Below, piece by piece: positions 61,250 through 64,000 of a stretch of DNA of 64,000 nt. The DNA is from Thalia democratica. Its lineage: Eukaryota. A program made the translations under genes and the position numbers. Location: positions 51,150,001-51,214,000 of the forward strand of contig OZ241832.1 of NCBI GenBank assembly GCA_965202585.1, given 5' to 3'. Every line of letters begins with the position of its first letter. Position 1 is the first letter of the stretch. The notes beneath the pieces were generated by a model. That model did no database searches, was not told where the DNA came from, and saw only the letters and a program-made list of their open reading frames with translations.

Positions 61250-63080
61250 TACATTGATGTCGTGGTCGATAAATTAAAATGACATGATCAGTTTCTGATA
61301 AACTAAAAGATTAAAATCTTTAAAAAAAAATTTTTTTGTAACATAATGTCATGCTAAAGACTTAATGTCCTTAAAGGTTTTTTTTTAATTTAAGACACTT
61401 TATGAATAACTTAGGTATAAATCAAGTTAATTGATCTTTTAATTTTGAATTAATAAAGAATACTAGATTACGGCCGGATCCATATTAAATTACTTAAAAA
61501 AAGCATTATTAATTTATTCTGTGGACACAAAAAGTGAGTCTTATAAGTAAAATGATATTACACTTGATATTTTTACAATAATAAGATTTAATAATATTTT
61601 CTATAAAAGAAATAAGTGAAACCTCAAGCTTGAAATAATCGACAGGAATAAAAGTTTTTCAATTTATGGTTAATTCTTACTCAATTTTGATTACTTTTGG
61701 TCATTATTTATTTTTAGTGATTTGATAGTGAATAACTTAACCCTATATCGCTAAAGATCTTTTGGTGTAGGCTACTAACTTTGCTTATCAAAGCACCAAC
61801 GATTGCGACATACAAATATGATTTATCCTTTATTCTTTGAAAACTGTACCTATGTAAGCTAAGGAGGTATTGATCAATAAGAAAGCAGAAGAAAATCATT
61901 TCGATATATCCATGGAGATTTACCATGGTACTGAAGCCTAAAAACTTGTTGGAATTTTCTTTTTAAGAAATTAAAGTAAAATTTCTGCACAAAAAAAATA
62001 TTTGCTTATCCTGAGACAATAGTATTTTATCTACTTAGAAGTTTTTAAGCAGAATAATCTAATAGCTTTGAAATAGTCTAAGGGCTTCTTTCTCTAATCG
62101 TAAATTATACATCATTTAAATATACTTTCTTGACTTATTACTTGATTTGCAAAACGGTTCGTATCACACTATTAGAAAACCGAATAAAAAAAAATTAAAA
62201 ATACAAACTAAATTGCATATTTTTGCTTGATCAGTAAACGTTTAGATACTCTTTAGTCGTATAATTATTTAAAAAATGAAGTTAAAACAATCTTAAACCG
62301 TTGTGAAAAAATTACTAATATTAAGTTGTTTTAACTATCAGCTAGTACAATACAAAACAACCTAAATTCAACAGTTTATGATAATAATAAAAAAAGTAAT
62401 TGTAGGTAAATAATCTTTATTCTATCTTTACAAGTCTATAAAAGTGTACTTGCTAAAATCTGGCTCCAAGTTACAAAAAAAGTTTGGTATTTCTCATGTA
62501 AAGGTAAACGGACAAACCATTATTGTTTTTTATTGTATTTGTATGTTTTACAGACATTTTTTATGATTTTTTTTCTAATATTATGTATTTTGTAAGTATT
62601 TTTTTTTAATATTTAATGAATTAAACATGTTTAGGCTACCTGCTGTAAATTTAATATTAAAATCAGAGGATTTATAAGTGAATATTTTTTACAGCAGTCC
62701 TAATACTTAATTAATTATGAAATTCTAAAATAAAAAAAAATAAAAAAGGCTTTTTCAACACTTTAAACTTACATTTACCAAAAGATTATTTTTAGCATGT
62801 TTTACTCACTGTCAGCTAAAAATAAAATAAAAAATAAAAGTTAGTATCAGAATCTTAATTATAAAATATAAAACTAAATAAAAAATATTTGTAAAAGAGG
62901 TTTTTCTACTATTTTATTGAAATAATATTTTTTGGCTAAATAATTTACATATCAATTTTTTCATGAGCTTTTAAATTTAACCAAAATTTGTTTTAGCATT
63001 AAAAAACTTACCATTCAACACTCTTTACAAAAATTTAAGTCTTGCTAGTGTTAAAATATTTTTCGGTTTGCTTCCTGTAG
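61250..63080 (+). pseudogene. Decayed Penelope-like retroelement (GIY-YIG-type PLE RT)
   Basis: Plus-strand remnants follow the PLE RT order: PYIAKDLLV*ATNFA; INKK..FDISMEIYHGTEA*KLVG (cf. FDVTMGSYDGAEVCELVG); CLS*DNS (cf. GLYRDDG); FLDLLLDLQNGSYHTIRKPN; YKSVLAKSG; LYKN..VKI. A second copy lies at 38800-40140. Confidence 0.65.
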
Positions 63081-64000
63081 TAACGAGTGGGTTTTTATGT
63101 GTTTATGCAAAACAGCTTACGTATTAAAAAAATTATAACAACCTTATTTTTAACTTTAGAAAATGCTTAAGTAAAACAATTGAAATCATCTAGCCTTGTT
63201 TTATCGTTGGTTACAAAAACGAAAAAAAAAATCAAAAAATTTTTATAATTTTTTTTTTTTTTAACTTAACGTGTAAAACTTTAGTTGAAAAAAACTATAA
63301 TTTCATTTGAATAACTAAATCAATGAAAAAATTTTATAGCTTTTTATTATAACTTATACCTTTAAATGCTTTACGGCTTTTTAAACAATTTATGCTCTTA
63401 AATTTAAATTTGTATGACATTTGTACAATAATTTTATATGCGAAAATTATTATTTAACTAATAGTTTAAACGTTTTTGTGTCTCTTCTTACACTAAAACA
63501 AAATAGTAATAACTTTTCTTACTTATTTTTTATAATATTTTTTTATTTGGTCGTCTAAGATTTCTTCAAAAAAATAAGTATAGTTAAAGTTGTGTTTTTG
63601 AACAATAAACAATATTAAATTCGCTAAAAAAAAATGAAATGTTTATTTAATTATAAATTAGACAAAAATAAACAAATAAAGTAGTTTTCATTAAACACTG
63701 CTTTTATTTTGTAGAAAACTTAAAACTTGTTTCTTGATTATTACTAATGTAATAAAAAGGAGAATTTTTATTTTGTTTATGATAGCCGTAAAACACTTAA
63801 AGAGCTTTTTAATTTAATAAAAGCTATGTATATTTGATTAGATTAGTTATATTAAAAAACCAACTATACCTTTAATATTTTTCTGATACGATTATAATTT
63901 GTCTAAAAAAGTTTCTCTTAAAGTTTAAAACGTATCCTTATAATAACAGTTTGTTATAAAAAAGTCTCTGACCGAAACTTGGTTTGCATAATAAAGTTTT

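Noticed and set aside
61714-61926. Minus-strand ORF with GPCR TM3-like IDQY
   Set aside because: It is the antisense of the decayed Penelope-like RT; the homologous copy at 39.7-39.9 kb supports a repeat origin.
62435-63120. Two in-phase plus-strand exon candidates (62435-62503, 62997-63120) resembling a TM protein
   Set aside because: The translations match the PLE thumb region (YKSVLAKSG; LYK..VKI), and the first segment has a nucleotide counterpart in the 39.3-kb PLE copy.

Overview
AT-rich nuclear DNA of an invertebrate metazoan; every intron I could resolve is canonical GT-AG. Five intact-looking protein genes and one pseudogene were reconstructed by hand. (1) An intronless BACK-Kelch gene lacking BTB (6989-8365, +). 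(2) An intronless 218-aa orphan with a HEPN-type RNLISH motif (14570-15226, +). (3) A 7-exon, 251-aa four-TM MS4A/CD20-like gene invisible to the ORF track (19205-22745, -). (4) Its tandem duplicate (29292-32972, -), which carries a nonsense codon and an exonic hAT MITE insertion, plus a pogo/Tc1-type MITE just upstream of its ATG. (5) A 7-exon, 406-aa DNAJA-type Hsp40 (49742-55400, +). (6) A GC-rich 125-aa orphan ORF (60701-61078, +). The MS4A-like pair lies in a ~10.1/10.5-kb head-to-tail duplication (~17911-27991 / ~27992-38529) whose left breakpoint falls inside a hAT MITE. The rest is TE debris: an L2/CR1-group LINE RT, two decayed Penelope-like elements, hAT, MULE, Kolobok-like and pogo-like MITEs, a SINE-like family, an LTR-like island and two long perfect hairpins. 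Standout observations: the candidate HEPN ribonuclease, the hidden MS4A-like pair with one disabled copy, and GC3 that tracks exon length in the DnaJ gene (~91-92% in long exons versus ~40-47% in short ones). All homology calls come from remembered motifs and hand translation; no searches were run.
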